Positions 50,839 to 63,869 of a DNA stretch of 64,000 nt are shown here, in pieces. How positions within the stretch are numbered: the stretch's first letter is position 1; each line of letters starts with the position of its first letter. Source of the DNA: Lama glama (Eukaryota); contig CM052818.1 in assembly GCA_028534125.1 (NCBI GenBank), positions 622,001-686,000 on the forward strand, in the 5' to 3' direction. A program made the translations under genes and the position numbers. Under the pieces are notes generated by a model. The model saw only the letters and a list, made by a program, of their open reading frames with translations. It had not been told where the DNA came from and ran no database searches.

Positions 50839-51933
50839 CTAAAAAAAAGAAGAAAAATAAAAATTTTAAACAGACCTATAATGAAAAATCTAGAAATGCC
50901 ATTCAGACAAGGAATTCCCAACCCGAGGTTCCTGGAATCTGAAAGAATGATGAAAGAATCTCTATGAACATTTTTAAATGGGATCATTTTTACTCCCTAT
51001 TTTAAAATATAGCAGACTTAGGCAACCGTACATATTAGCATGATCCTCACTGTGTAAAATCAAAATTCTATGTATGTTTGCATTTACACAGAAACTAACT
51101 GAAAGCAATACACTGAACCATTGATAGTGCCCACATCTGGGGCAGTGGACTTTTTCTGTCTACACTCTGTGCCAGGTAACAATCTCAGAGGGAAGACAGA
51201 GACGCGAGAGCACAGTACATTCTCCTCTGTGTGGTACCCAGAACTGTGATACACAATGATCTACCATAAAAGCAGTTTTTCCACCAAAATACTATCTAGA
51301 CAGACATATTTATATTTGGCATAACGAATTATATTTCTCTAAAGTTAGGCTAGGAGTTCCTATTTCTTGATTCCTTTTTCAAACAATGAGAATTATTTTG
51401 ACTTCAAAAAGTTCTAATTCCAACTAAGGGACTAATTCCAACTAAAGCAATAACAAGCCACACCTTTGAAGGGGGTGGTTCTTTTTGAAGTTTCTAGCTG
51501 CTGACTTTGGAAGCTTTGGCCTGAAGTGGGACTTCTGGAAACTTAACCCAAGACAGTAGCTAACAAGATCTTCCAGGAGTTTCCCCTCTAGGCACAGGCA
51601 CCGCATGAAACCACCCAGCCAGTGGCATCCCTGGTGGCAACCCAGCAGCGGCGATGGGGCCGGAGGCCACGCACAAGCTCGCTTGGGTGCTGGCGCTTCT
51701 CGCCACGCCTAACCAGAGACCCGGGGCAGCCGGAGGCAACAGGCTCAAAATGGGCTGATGCTTTCTAGGCTGCTATGCACATCAATGCAATAAACATGGA
51801 CAAGAGAACAACACAGAAGAGGGAACCCTGTGTGCTTAGCTCTACAAATGAGACTCTAAAAACTGCTCTTTATTAATTACCAAACAAATACGCCCAAGTC
51901 AAAGGACACAAAAGTTAGTGCAGTTCAACTCAC

Positions 51934-52097
51934 CTGAACAAAGAAAATAAAGTGCTTAAAGGAGGTGTTGAGGTGGGCCTCCTCCTGCAGCTGCATCACA
52001 GAATCAAAGTGCTGGTGATAAATGTGGGCATAAACCCTGAACAGTCGCTTAAGGATGGTCTTTGCCACAGACATAAAGTTTTTGGGAAATGGGACAC
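51934..52097 (-). CDS. MOB1A: MOB1A penultimate coding exon
   Basis: On -: acceptor ttacag|GT and donor CAG|gtgag. 164 nt encoding (G)VPFPKNFMSVAKTILKRLFRVYAHIYHQHFDSVMQLQEEAHLNTSFKHFIFFVQ, including the Zn-binding His residues. Confidence 0.96.
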
Positions 52098-52703
52098 CTG
52101 TAATATACACATGTATCAATTAGCCTATTTATCAATTAGAGAAAAATAAGCAGCAAAAAAGTTTAGGCACTGCCACGAGCAACTCCAACACACAAATTCA
52201 CAAATACAAGCCTATTTCCATGTTTTTTAAAAGGTAAGAAAAAAAAAACCCCAAACCTAAGTATATGAGGTATCCATCCTCACACACCACATTTTTCCCG
52301 ACTGCCTTAGAACAGCAGGCACAGGTATCAAGTTACGTAAGATGATGCTGAACCAAAGTTAAAACAATTTGTTCAATAGTTGTTCAATACTGGAGGGTTT
52401 CTTCTAGAAAGATTATAGATTATTGCATTTAAACAGAAAATTTTCACACACACACACACCCAGCCAGGACTGGAAACTCTCCCAAACAAAAGGAAAATAA
52501 GGGGGCACACTTTTAGTCATTATTATCTATTGTCTACAAATAAAAAGTATTTTATCTTCTGAATTACTGTGAAAAGCCAGTTTTCTTTCTTCAACTAGGA
52601 GCCCTCAACGTTTTATTTAGTTTTTAAAAAGTGCCAAAGTCCAAGAAAGTAAGTAACAAACTCCTTCCTGCAAAGGGGAGGAACAGCCCTTCCCTATTTT
52701 TCA

Positions 52704-53203
52704 NNNNNNNNNNNNNNNNNNNNNNNNNNNNNNNNNNNNNNNNNNNNNNNNNNNNNNNNNNNNNNNNNNNNNNNNNNNNNNNNNNNNNNNNNNNNNNNNN
52801 NNNNNNNNNNNNNNNNNNNNNNNNNNNNNNNNNNNNNNNNNNNNNNNNNNNNNNNNNNNNNNNNNNNNNNNNNNNNNNNNNNNNNNNNNNNNNNNNNNNN
52901 NNNNNNNNNNNNNNNNNNNNNNNNNNNNNNNNNNNNNNNNNNNNNNNNNNNNNNNNNNNNNNNNNNNNNNNNNNNNNNNNNNNNNNNNNNNNNNNNNNNN
53001 NNNNNNNNNNNNNNNNNNNNNNNNNNNNNNNNNNNNNNNNNNNNNNNNNNNNNNNNNNNNNNNNNNNNNNNNNNNNNNNNNNNNNNNNNNNNNNNNNNNN
53101 NNNNNNNNNNNNNNNNNNNNNNNNNNNNNNNNNNNNNNNNNNNNNNNNNNNNNNNNNNNNNNNNNNNNNNNNNNNNNNNNNNNNNNNNNNNNNNNNNNNN
53201 NNN
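52704..53203. other. Assembly gap of exactly 500 N
   Basis: Run of N. The round length suggests a scaffolding placeholder of unknown true size. Confidence 0.98.
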
Positions 53204-56000
53204 CCAAACTCCTAATTTAGCCCTTCCCACCCCACCAACCCCTCCCCACCTTCCCCTTTGGTAACCCTAAGTTTGATTTCTGTGTCTATGAGTCTATTTC
53301 TGTTTTGTGAATAAGTTCTTTTGTATCACTTTTTAGATTCCATACGTAAGTGATATCAGTCCTTGCTGACTTCACTTAGTATGATAATTTCTAGCTCCAT
53401 CCATGTTGTTACAAATGGCATTATTTCATTCTTTTTTATTGCTGAGTAATATTCCATTGTATATACGTACCACATCTTCTTTATCCAGTCATTTATTGAT
53501 AGACATTTAGGTTGCTTCCATGTCTTGGGTATTGTAGATAGTGATGCTGTAAACATTGGGGTGCATATATCTTTTTGAATTAGAGTTCCCTCCAGATTAT
53601 ATACCCAAGAGTAGGATTGCAGAATCATATGGTAACTCTAGTTTCTTAAGGAACCTCCATACTGTTCTTCATAATGGCTGCACCAAACTACATTCCCACC
53701 AGCAGGAGGGTTCCCTTTTCTCCACACCGTCTCCAGCATTTATCATTTGTGGACTTTTTAATGATGGCCATTCTGACCACTGTGAAGTGATATCTCATTG
53801 TAGTTTTGATTTGCATTTCTCTAATAATTAGTGATACTGAACACTTTTTCATGTGCCTATTGGCCATTTGTATGTCTTCTTTGGAGAAATGTCAATTTAG
53901 GTCTTCTGCCTATGTTTTGATTGGTTTGTTTGTTTTTTTTTTTGATATTAAGCTGTATGAGCTATTTGTATATTTTGGAAACTAAGCCCTTGTCAGTAGC
54001 ATGGTTTGCAAATATTTTCTCCCAGTCTGTAGGTATATCTTTCAATCTGCTTGTGTCATCTTCAGTTTTTTTCATCAGCACCTTATGATTTTTGGATTAT
54101 AGGTCTTTTGCCTCCTTAGGTAGTTTTATTCCTAAATAGTTTATTCATTTTGATGCAATGGTAAATGGGATTGTTCCCTTAATTTCTCTTTTGATATTTT
54201 GTTGTTAATGTATAGAAATTCAACAGATTTCTGTATCTTAATTTTTTATCCTGCAACTCTACCAAATTACTTGCTGAGCCCTAGTAGTTCTCTGGCAGTG
54301 TCTTTAAGATTTTCTGTGTATAGGATCATGTCACCTGCAAACAGTGACTGTTTTACTTCTTTTCCAATTTGGATCCATTTTATTTCTTTTTCTCCTCTGA
54401 TTGCTGTGGCTAGGACTTCCAAAACTATGTTGAACAAAAGTGATGAGAGTGGGCATCCTTGTCTTGTGCCTGGTCTTAGAGGAAATGCTTTCAGCTTCTC
54501 ACCATTGAGTATGATGTTAGCTGTGGGTGTGTCATATATGGCCTCTATTATGTTGAGGTATATTCCCTCTAAGCCCACTTTCTGGAGAGTTTTTATCATA
54601 AGTGGATGTTGAATTTTATCAAAAGCTTTTTCTGCACCTGTTGAGATGATCATATGTTTTTATGCATCAGTTTGTTACTGTGCTGTATCCCACTGATTGA
54701 CTTGCAGATATTGAAAAGTCCTTGCATCCCTGGGGTGAACCCAACGTGATCATGGTGTGTGAGCTTTTTAATGAATTATTGGAGTCAATTTGCTAGTGTC
54801 TTGTTGAGGCTTTTTGCATCTGTGTTCACAGTGGTACTGGCCTGTAATTTTCTTTTTCTGTGATATCTTTGGTTTTGGAATCAGGGTGATGGTGGTCTCA
54901 TAGAATATGTTTGGAAGTGTTCCTTCCTCTGCAATTTTTTGGAATAGTTTCAAGAGGATGGGCATTAACTCTTCTCTAAATGTTTGGTAGAGTTCCCCTG
55001 TGACGCCATCTGGTCCTGGACCTTTGTTTGTTGGGAGTTTTTGAATTACTGATTCAGTTGAAGCACTGGTAATTAATCTCTTCGTATTTTCTAATTCTTC
55101 TAGGTTCAGTCTTGGGAGATTGTGCCTTTCCATTTTATTGGTGTAAAGTTGTTTATAGTAGCCTCTTATGATCTTTTGTATTTCTGTGCAGTCAGTTGTA
55201 ACTTCTTTTTTTTTTCTTTCATTTGATTTTGTTGATTTGGGCCCTCTCCCTTTTTCCCTTGATGAATCTGGCTAAAAGCTTATCAATTTTGTTTATCTTG
55301 TCAAAGAGCCAGCTTTTAGTTTCATTGATCTTTTAAAATTATTTTTAGTCTCTATTTCATTTATTTCTGCTTGAATCTTTATCATTTCTTTTCTTCTACT
55401 AACTTTGGGTTTTGATTGTTCCTCCTTCTCTAGTTGCTTTGCGTGTAAGGTTAGATTGTTGATTTGAGATTTTTCTTATTTCCTGAGGTAGGATTGTATT
55501 GCTATAAACTTCCTCTTAGAACTGCTTTTGCTGCCTCCCATAGGTTTTGGATCATTGTGTTTTTATTTTCATTTGTCTGTAGGTATTTTTAGATTTCCTC
55601 TTTGATTTCTTCAGTGATCCATTGGTTGTTTAGTAGCATATTATTTAGCCTCCATGTGTTTGTGTTTTTTTGCATTCTTTTCTTTCCTTTTCTTTTTTTA
55701 AAATTTTATTTTATTGAGTTATAGTCAGTTTACAATGTTATGTCAATGCAGTTTTTTTTTCTTATAGTTGATTTCTAGCTTCATAGCGTTGTGGTCAGAA
55801 AAGATGCTTGATATGATTTCAGTTTTCTTAAATTTACCAAGGCTTGCTTTGTGGCCCAGCATGTGATCTAGCCTAGAGAATGTTCCATGTGCACTTGAGA
55901 AGAATGTGTATTCTGCTGCTTTTGAATGGAATGCTTTATAAATATCAATTAAGTCTATTTGGCCTAATATATTTTTTCAGGCCTGTGTTTCCTTATTGAG
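53204..56000 (-). mobile_element. L1 LINE (5'-truncated, degenerate ORF2 with RT region and 3' UTR)
   Basis: Track ORFs on - read [23 protein letters not shown]...[21 protein letters not shown]...LFAGDMILY, and [20 protein letters not shown]. There are frameshifts, an apparent internal deletion near 54035, and a small nested L1 3' tip at ~55690-55748. Confidence 0.93.
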
Positions 56001-56860
56001 AAACCATTTATCTTTTGAGACAGATAAACATTCTTACAAAATACTGTATTCTTATATCATCTTTTACTTAAGAAAACACAAACTAGTTCACTGTCTTTAA
56101 TAATCTGTTAGATTTCTGTTGTCTAGAAATGGGAATACATGAAACACATGTTTCAGCTATCATACAGTCCAAGGTGACATTTAGATTTCACATGTTAAGC
56201 AGTTTTAGTACAGCCTACAATGGCACAAAGACATGTAATACATCTTTCAGATAGTCAAAAGGACCTGTGTGGTTTGCAAGATACTTTAACTTTTGTGTGG
56301 TCATTAAAACCTAATAAGTAATTTAGTAATTACTAATAAGTAATAAGTAATTTAAATGTGATAGGCACTTAAAATATCATTCTAAAATCAAAAGACATGA
56401 AAATCTTGTGTTTCTCCATCTTTTATTTACATGGTTACATATCAGCACTTTACTGTAGAAAATATTCAGTTGCTATATATGGTTGTCCCAGAAAATAATG
56501 AAGCTTCAGAAATTATTAAAGATGTCAAGATCCATAGGAGCTGTCATCAAATGCTTTTCTAGTTTGTTTCAATTCTTCATTCATAGTAAGTAAGACTTAG
56601 TAGCAAACTTCCTGGATCCTTTCAAATCAAGAAGTTGCTATCTTCAATTCGCACTTGACCCTGTCTTCCAATTTACATTGCCTTGAGTCATTCCAGTGAT
56701 GGACACTATGACAAGGTCCTCAGGAATATCCACTGGCTCAGTACAAGGATTATGATCATCCCCAAACCCATACATCATACAATGTAAGAGTCTCTTTCTT
56801 TTATCAGGTCTACCTTCTGTACCTCCTCCATTTTCTTCCTCAAGGGTGGGGTTTTCTTCC
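56000..56860 (-). pseudogene. Processed pseudogene of TAF13 (CDS-derived 56525-56860 plus 3' UTR-like sequence)
   Basis: Manual translation on -: EENPTLEEENGGGTEGRPDKRKRLLHCMMYGFGDDHNPCTEPVDIPEDLVIVSITGMT, then after frameshifts ...LLTMNEELKQTRKAFDDSSYGS*. This matches TAF13 (EEDPTFEEE...KRKRL...CMMYGFGDDQNPYTESVDILEDLVIEFITEMT...LLTMNEELKRARKAFDEANYGS). Intronless, no start codon. Confidence 0.9.
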
Positions 56861-56861
56861 C

Positions 56862-57704
56862 TGTCTTCTCAAGGGCATTTTTATTCTTCAAGTCTGTCTT
56901 TGATGTCCTGCCAGTGTTATTCAGACCTGGTCTCAGTTGGATAGCTGTGGTGCCAGGTTTGGAACAGAGCTGGGTGCAGTGCCAAAGTCTCCTCAGGTCA
57001 TTGCTCAGAGACTGGAGCTGCTGTCATGACTGGAACAGGAGAATCTCACCTAAAAGGAAATCTGCATCACTGCTTCCAAGGTTAGATTTGGAATGGGTAG
57101 TGGGGCGACCTGACTATTGATGGCAATCTTGGAGGATGGGGGGGGATAGTGACTTTGCCTCCAGGTGGGTTAGGAGTAAACTTAGGCCCCCCAGTCTCTT
57201 ACAGTCCTGCACTTAGAAACACACCATCTTTTGGTGGTAATGTTCCCATTACTTTACTTGATGATCTGTCCTTCCTTGAAGCCCAGATTCAGTTTGGGGT
57301 GAGTGTCCATTTCCTGAGATTCTCTGGATGTCTCAGATATCTGCTTTACCCACTTGAAGTAGTTTTGCAAAGACACCACCCTGATCTATGAAGCAAATGC
57401 CAGTGAAAGCACTATGTCCAGTGTCATCCTGGAGCGAAATTATAAAAGAGAACCTGGAATCTGTCGCGTCTCCTCAGCCAGGATATTGTTCTACTGGTGC
57501 CTGGGCAGAGAGCTCCCCTGATACTTAATACTCAAGTTAATATAGACAGTCTTTCCCTTTAAAGTGATTTGGATGTGAACAGTCTAAGCAGGCTGCAATA
57601 CATTTAGCCTGTAGCCACCACTGGAGACCTGCGGCAGAGTCTGGTAGACACTGACGTCCAACTTCATGTGCAGGACTAGGCTCCTACTCCTTCCAGGCTG
57701 GTAT
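56862..57704 (-). pseudogene. Processed pseudogene of NECAP1 (near full CDS 56921-57704 plus ~60 nt of 3' UTR)
   Basis: Manual translation on - gives colinear fragments [94 protein letters not shown] and SN*DQV*. These match NECAP1 (VLCVKPDVSVYRIPP, SGELFAQAPVEQYPG, FKWVKQESEISKESQEMD..KLDLGFKEGQTIK, SNWVQF*). Intronless, with many stops and frameshifts. Confidence 0.9.
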
Positions 57705-59007
57705 CTTGGCTTTGCTCTCCATGCCTATTAAGTTTCCTTTAATCTCTAAATTCTTCCCTGCTTGCTTTTCCCTTATAATTTATTTGTTGAAGGAACTATT
57801 TCTTAGAGTCCATTTTTTTTAATGCATCCTCATGGTGTTAATAGATTCCTGTAACTTTCACATTTCCTATAAATAGTTAGTTTGATTTATAGCAGGGTTT
57901 CTCCAAGTGTGGTCCCTTGACCAACAGCATTCACATCACCTGGGAATTTATAGGAGGTGCTAATCCCTACCCACCTAGAGAGGCTGGCCATCAAGGTCAC
58001 CGTCTTGGTGAAGCCTAGCATCCCATTTTTGTGAAGTCACCATTGAAGTGGAAAGGTCAAAACAGCAGGCAAGGGAAGGGGTGAAATATTGGGTGAGACA
58101 GTGGCTGGTCTCTTGATGGGTTGCAGGTATTTCTAGATTTTTTTTCCTATTAATTAAAATTTTGATTTTTTTCCATAATGTCGGAGCAAATGGAATGGAA
58201 TGGTGGGCTTGTGGTTAAACAGTTAGCTGATTCAAGGGACTTTGAAAACTCTGTGATTACTATATGATTAAATGGCCCAATGTTCCCTGCCTTTCTTGGA
58301 GAGATGAGGGGACAGTATTCACTCTCCCTCAATGCTTAGGCCATCACATTTTGACACTGTCTAGAAGGTAAGGTAGCTCAGATATGGCAGACCCTCCTCT
58401 GGAGTTTTAGGTCATATACATACTCCGTAGCCAAGGGCAGCTGGTTTAGAAAGAGCCCTGGCTGGGCCCTTCACCTGCAGCAACAGCTTGTTCGTTTCCA
58501 GTAGAGAGTAAAAGCCAGGGCTGTTTTGCCAGAAGAGACCCTTCTGATTCTAGTGAAAAGGGTCAGCCCAGGACTGGCTGTCCTGGCAGGCGATCAGGAG
58601 CTAAACAGTTGAGCAAGGACCAAGGCGGAACTTCACTTTCATGAACTCATAAGAGTAAACACAACCCACCTACCAAGTTGTGAAGTGAAACTTTGTTTTC
58701 CAAGGCCCCAGTGAACGTGATCTAAGACACTACCTTAAGCCCATCTTGATACTCCTTTGTAAAAAAAAAGGAAAGGATAGGCTGTATGCATTAGTTACCA
58801 CTTATAGAACTGAACCCCAAAAGAGACTGTATATAGATTTTATTTTATTATTTTTAATACATGTGTTAATTAATTAAATAATTATTGACGTATAGTCCAT
58901 TTACAATATTGTATTAGTTTCAACTGTATAACCTGGTGATTCAATACTTTAATAGATTATACTCCATTTAATGTGTATATATTTTATTTTTACTTTTAAA
59001 GTGTTTT

Positions 59008-59120
59008 TTATTTTTTAAAAAGTTTATTATTGTTGTTTTTAACGGAGGTACTGGGGATTGAACCCATGACCTTGTGCATGCTAAGCATGTGCTCTACCAC
59101 TGAGCTATATCCCTTCCCCC
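59008..59120 (-). mobile_element. tRNA-derived SINE (Vic-1-like)
   Basis: The reverse complement reads GGGGAAGGGATATAGCTCAGTGGTAGAGCACATGCTTAGCATGCACAAGGTCATGGGTTCAATCCCCAGTACC. Confidence 0.88.
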
Positions 59121-59225
59121 AAATGTGTATACATTTTAAAAAGTGAATTAAAAAAAGAAAAGGAGCACTTAGATTACCAGAATAATGAAACGTGACCACA
59201 ACTTGTTAGAATGTTCCTGCATATT

Positions 59226-59338
59226 TTTTTTGAGGGGGTAGGTAATTAGGTTCATTTATTTATTTTATTTTTTAAATGGAGGTACTGGGGATTTAACCCA
59301 GGACCTCATGCATACTACCACTGAGCTATACCTTCCCC
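59226..59338 (-). mobile_element. tRNA-derived SINE (internally deleted) with a 17-bp TSD
   Basis: TSD gaatgttcctRcatatt at 59209-59225 and 59343-59359. Confidence 0.85.
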
Positions 59339-62257
59339 ACTGGAATGTTCCTACATATTATCACAATGATATTGGAAATTCATTTTTCATTGGAAATAAC
59401 CCTAACTCTCTATTTTGGAAAAGAAGTACTTTTAAATAGAGCTATGTCTGCAAAAGAAACATACCCACTGACCTAGGGTCAATGGTGGGGCAGAGTGAAG
59501 TAGGATGCACAGACTGGAACTTACTTATCCATTTTACTCTTGATGTGTATTTGGGTTGTTTCCATGTTTGAGCACTTACAAACAATGCTATGTAAACACT
59601 CTTATTCATGTGCCCCAGTACACACATAAAAGGTGAAACTGCTTGGTCATCCAGGAGGTGTATTTCCTTCTCTATTAAACATTGCCTCATTGTTTTTGCA
59701 GAGTGGTTGTACCAGTTTACACTCCCACCAGCAGGATGGGTTCCCTTGGTTGGATTCGATTGCACCCCCTTAGGAAGTAGTGGGGAGATACATCTTGGAA
59801 AAAATGAGGAAACCAGGCAGAGGAAGGTTTTTGGGTGCTAATCCAAGGATTTCAGACTATTTGACTGCCCTGGGAAACCAGTGATGATTTTGAAACAGGT
59901 AACAAAATGCAAATGAGGTTTTAGGAAGCTGAGTTTAAAGCTCTCAGTTGGTTTGTGTTGGAGGAGAGAGTAGAGACAGTGGTGGGGTTGGCTTAGGCCA
60001 ACAGCAGGATGTAAGCTCACAGGAGAGGAAAACATCTACGGGAAGAAGGTGAAAAGGGGGAACTGAGCAAATGCCAGGGAACAGAGACCCAGCGCATCCC
60101 AGATCTACCAATTCTTGTCTTTAAATAATCTAGTTAGACTATCGCACACTACTGGTGGGGGTGTGAAATTCCACAACCCTTCTGGAAAGTGCCTTGGTGT
60201 TCTTTAGCAAAGATGAAGGTGTACATACCTAATGACACAGAAGTCCCCAAATTTACCAAAACAGCCAAACAGAATCACCCCCATAGAATGGATTTCAAGA
60301 AGGAAAGAATTACCAACAATGTCAAATGTAACAGAGAGGTCCCTCAAGAAAAGACCTGAGAAGCATCCACAGACTTTGGCAATTAGGAGTCTGATGATAA
60401 GATTTGCTAGAGAAATGTTTGTGACGCTGTGGGGGTAGAACGTGGAACACAGTGATTTGAGGGGAGAACAGATAGTAGCAAAAGGAGACTGAGTGTAGAA
60501 CATGTTGTCAGGATGGTTGGCTGAGCACAGACTCGGCACACGGAAACATTAGCCTGTGATAAAGGTAGTATTTCAAACCAATGAGTAGAGGGTACAAAAC
60601 TTGACAACTGGTGATGTAACACTTGGGAAAAATAATGATGTTAAATCCTTTTATCATATACCAAATTAAAGTCCCGATGGATTGAATAGTTAAATATGAA
60701 AAACAAAACCAGAAAAGAACTAGAAGAAAATGCTAAGTGTACATAAACTTGAGGATAATTAAAGCATTTCTGAGATCGACAATAAACCTAGAAACCTTAA
60801 AGAAAAGTATGGGTAATTTGACTTCCTTAAAATTCATACACATACTAAACCCTTCTGTAAGGAAAAGAAGAAAAAGGAAAGACCATAAATAAAAATAAAT
60901 GACAAATGACAAACAGAAAAATGTTTATAATATATGAGAAAGAATTCTTTTAAATAAATATGAAAGTAGAAATACACCAATTTAAACATGGATGTGACTA
61001 TCAATGCACAAAAATGCAATTGTTCAAAACCAAATGAAAAAGAGTTCAACCTGAATAGGAATCAAAAACTCTAGTTCAAGGTGATGAACTGAACTCTGAC
61101 ATTTACTTCTCTTTTCTCCCTCAATCCCACTGAAATGACACTTTTTTTTTTAATGAAAGAAAAGGGAAAAATTCCAAAGCAAAGTTGGAATACAAGGAAG
61201 GGAATACAGTGGATTCTTTGGGACCTGACACCCAGATCTCTCCTCTCCAGTCCCACCGCGGTCATGTGGTTCACGTGGGACTGTCGCCTTCTTAGAGAGC
61301 TGGCTTCCAGGCCACGGCTGAATGGCTTGGGAACAGTCAGGGGAAGGTACGCCTCTCACCACTCCACCCACTTTGGGTTCCATTTTATGGAAAAAACACA
61401 CAATTGTCAGTTGGAGAACCAAATATAACTTTACTAACTGGTAAAGATTTAAAAACCCTGTGGTAGATCCTTGGACTTGGAGAGATTGGAAAGACAAAAA
61501 CTATTTCCCAGTATCCCTTGCCGCCTGAGTTCTGGGTGTAAGTTGAGTTCCACCAGTTAACTACACTCATCACGTTTGTTGAGGAACCTACTTCCGACAT
61601 GGAGAAAAGAGGGAGTCACCTGAGAAGTAAGCAGAGTGGGAAACCCTGAGGCTCTGAGACAGCAGGCATTGTGACAGTCAGTGGTAATCGGGGAGTTTCA
61701 GGCTCTGCGTCCCCTTCCCCCCACCCCGCCTGTCCTTTGTTCACCCACATCGGTTGTCCTTCTCCAGCAAGGCAGAATGGCATTCAGAGTAAATAAGAAC
61801 TCCCGACCAACAGGAACTTTGGAATAATAAATGTTTGTTGTTTTAAGCCAAAAAAAAAAAAGAATAAAAAGTAACTCACCGTAGCTGCAGTGGTGGACAG
61901 CTAAGGTGGCATTAGAGGAGCATGCAGTGCACCAGCCAATTCTCAGTGGACACTGGACACTAAGAGGAAAGCATTTTGCTGCCAGAGCAATTCCCACCCT
62001 ATTTCCTCCATCAGGAAAGGATCCTCAGCCTGCAAACCTGTCCCCCTTGTGCATCCTGGAGGGAAAGCTGCTCATCCCATACCTTCCTATCTGTCCCCTC
62101 AGCAACCCAGGAAAAAGACCACCCTCAAACTCCAGTATGAAGTGAAAAACAAAAAGGAAAATAAAAAAGCAAAATAATCTGGATTAACATCCAAATGATT
62201 TAAACAAAACCAGGGTAGGTAGAAACCAAAGCGTTTCACTTGAATGCCTGGCAGCAA

Positions 62258-62882
62258 TGAGACAGGAAGGAAGCGGGCAGGACACAGCCATTAAAAGACT
62301 GGCACGGCAGCTAGCACCAAGATGGGGGAACGTGCAACTCCCAGGAGACCTTGAGGCCCAAGACGGCGGGAGATTTGCCTTCCAGTAGACCTTGAGCTTC
62401 ATTACACTCTCGTTGTAATATATTAGCATGGGAAATGGCATTCCCACAGGCACCATGACAGTTTGGAGGCTGACCATGGAAAGTCAAAAAGTGGGCGGTG
62501 GCCCAGTTCCTGGGAATCCCCGCCCCTTCCTCCCACTTGTTAGCATATGAAGCCACTGAGCCCACAAAAACTAGTGACTAGTAACAGCGGGCCTCACGGC
62601 CTCTCACTCTCTCACCTTCGGACACGGCCTGCACTCTGTCTATGGAGTGTGTACCCACATTTACTTTAAACTGAACACCCACCCCAACACCTCGTGGTCT
62701 CTCTGACCTTCAGAGATGGCCTCCACTTGGTCTATGGAGTGTGTGTCTCTCTGAATAAATCTACTTTTACTCAAGTATGGCTTGCTCTTGAGTTCTTTCC
62801 TGCCTAAAGCCAAGGACCCACACTTGATGGAGTGCATCCCAGGGACACAGCTAACCTCTTGGGCCCCATTTTTTCTGTATCA
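62258..62882 (+). mobile_element. ERV1-type solo LTR (~625 bp)
   Basis: TG...CA ends (tgagacagga ... tctgtatca), near-identical 4-bp flanks gcaa/gtaa, AATAAA at ~62754, and an internal duplicated motif tctatggagtgtgt. Confidence 0.75.
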
Positions 62883-63869
62883 GTAATGTCCCAACTGATC
62901 CTTCCACCTGCGCTACGATCCACCCTGAAGCCATTATTCCATTCTTGCACAAAGTCCCATTCTGCATTCCTTTGAGTTCAGACACATTTCCTGATGTTCA
63001 TGCCTGTTTAGAATGGTCCCCCCAAAGCTTTTTGTCCCCAAACTTGCCCTGTGCCAGGGAAACCACCCCCATGTTCCCAGGACACAGTTCTTCATTTTTA
63101 CGGCTCTTCCCTCTGCCTCAACTACCCCCTTGGTAATTCTGCTGTTCCAAATCCTGTGCCTACCCCCACCTTCTCTGCCCATCTGAATGCCACTTCCTCC
63201 ATGATGTGTTTCTTTAACCCACAGGGCCTGGGTTAAGGTCTGGCCCTTAGAAAGTGAACGATGACCATCTGTGGAATGAATTAATTTGCCAAATGCACGT
63301 GGTTCCTCTTTTACTGACTGCCTCCCTCCCTTCTTGCTTCTTTATGGGGCCTCACACTCTTGTGCTCGTGAATTTGTCTCATCTCTGACCTGCTGGAAAC
63401 TCCTTGAGGCGTGGGACTGTGCCTTCTGGCCTAGGCTGTCCCGATCTGCCTAAGACTAAGGACTTTCCTGGGTCACAGGACTTTCAGTGCTCAAACCAGA
63501 GAAGTCTCAGGCAGCCTGGGGTGAGCTGGTCACTGCAGTCTTGCAAGTCTTTCACTCTATGGGTTATGGAGAGAAACTACGGTTAATGTGATGGCTCAAC
63601 CGTGGCCTCCAAATCAGATTTTCCGCCTGTCTGCTGCAGGCGGGCCCTCGGTCTGAGGGTGTGGCTCTTCCACTGAGGGAAAACTCCGCACGATCTAGGA
63701 AGAAGGTGGGTCTTCAAGCCAGAAGATTAATTTCCTACCTGAAAGGGAAGTAAACCCTGAAATACAGGTCAAAAGACACAGAAAATCCACAGAAGGGCCT
63801 GCGGAAGCAGGGGCGTGGAGTTCATTTTTCAGTGGGGCTTCACCCCAGCTCTTTCTCCTATTTCTATGA

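Noticed and set aside
52631..53230. Poly-X ORFs
   Set aside because: Artefacts of translating the N gap.
53356..55133. Reverse-transcriptase-like ORFs as a novel RT system
   Set aside because: They are fragments of an ordinary degenerate L1 ORF2. The catalytic FADD reads FAGD, and the element is frameshifted and truncated.
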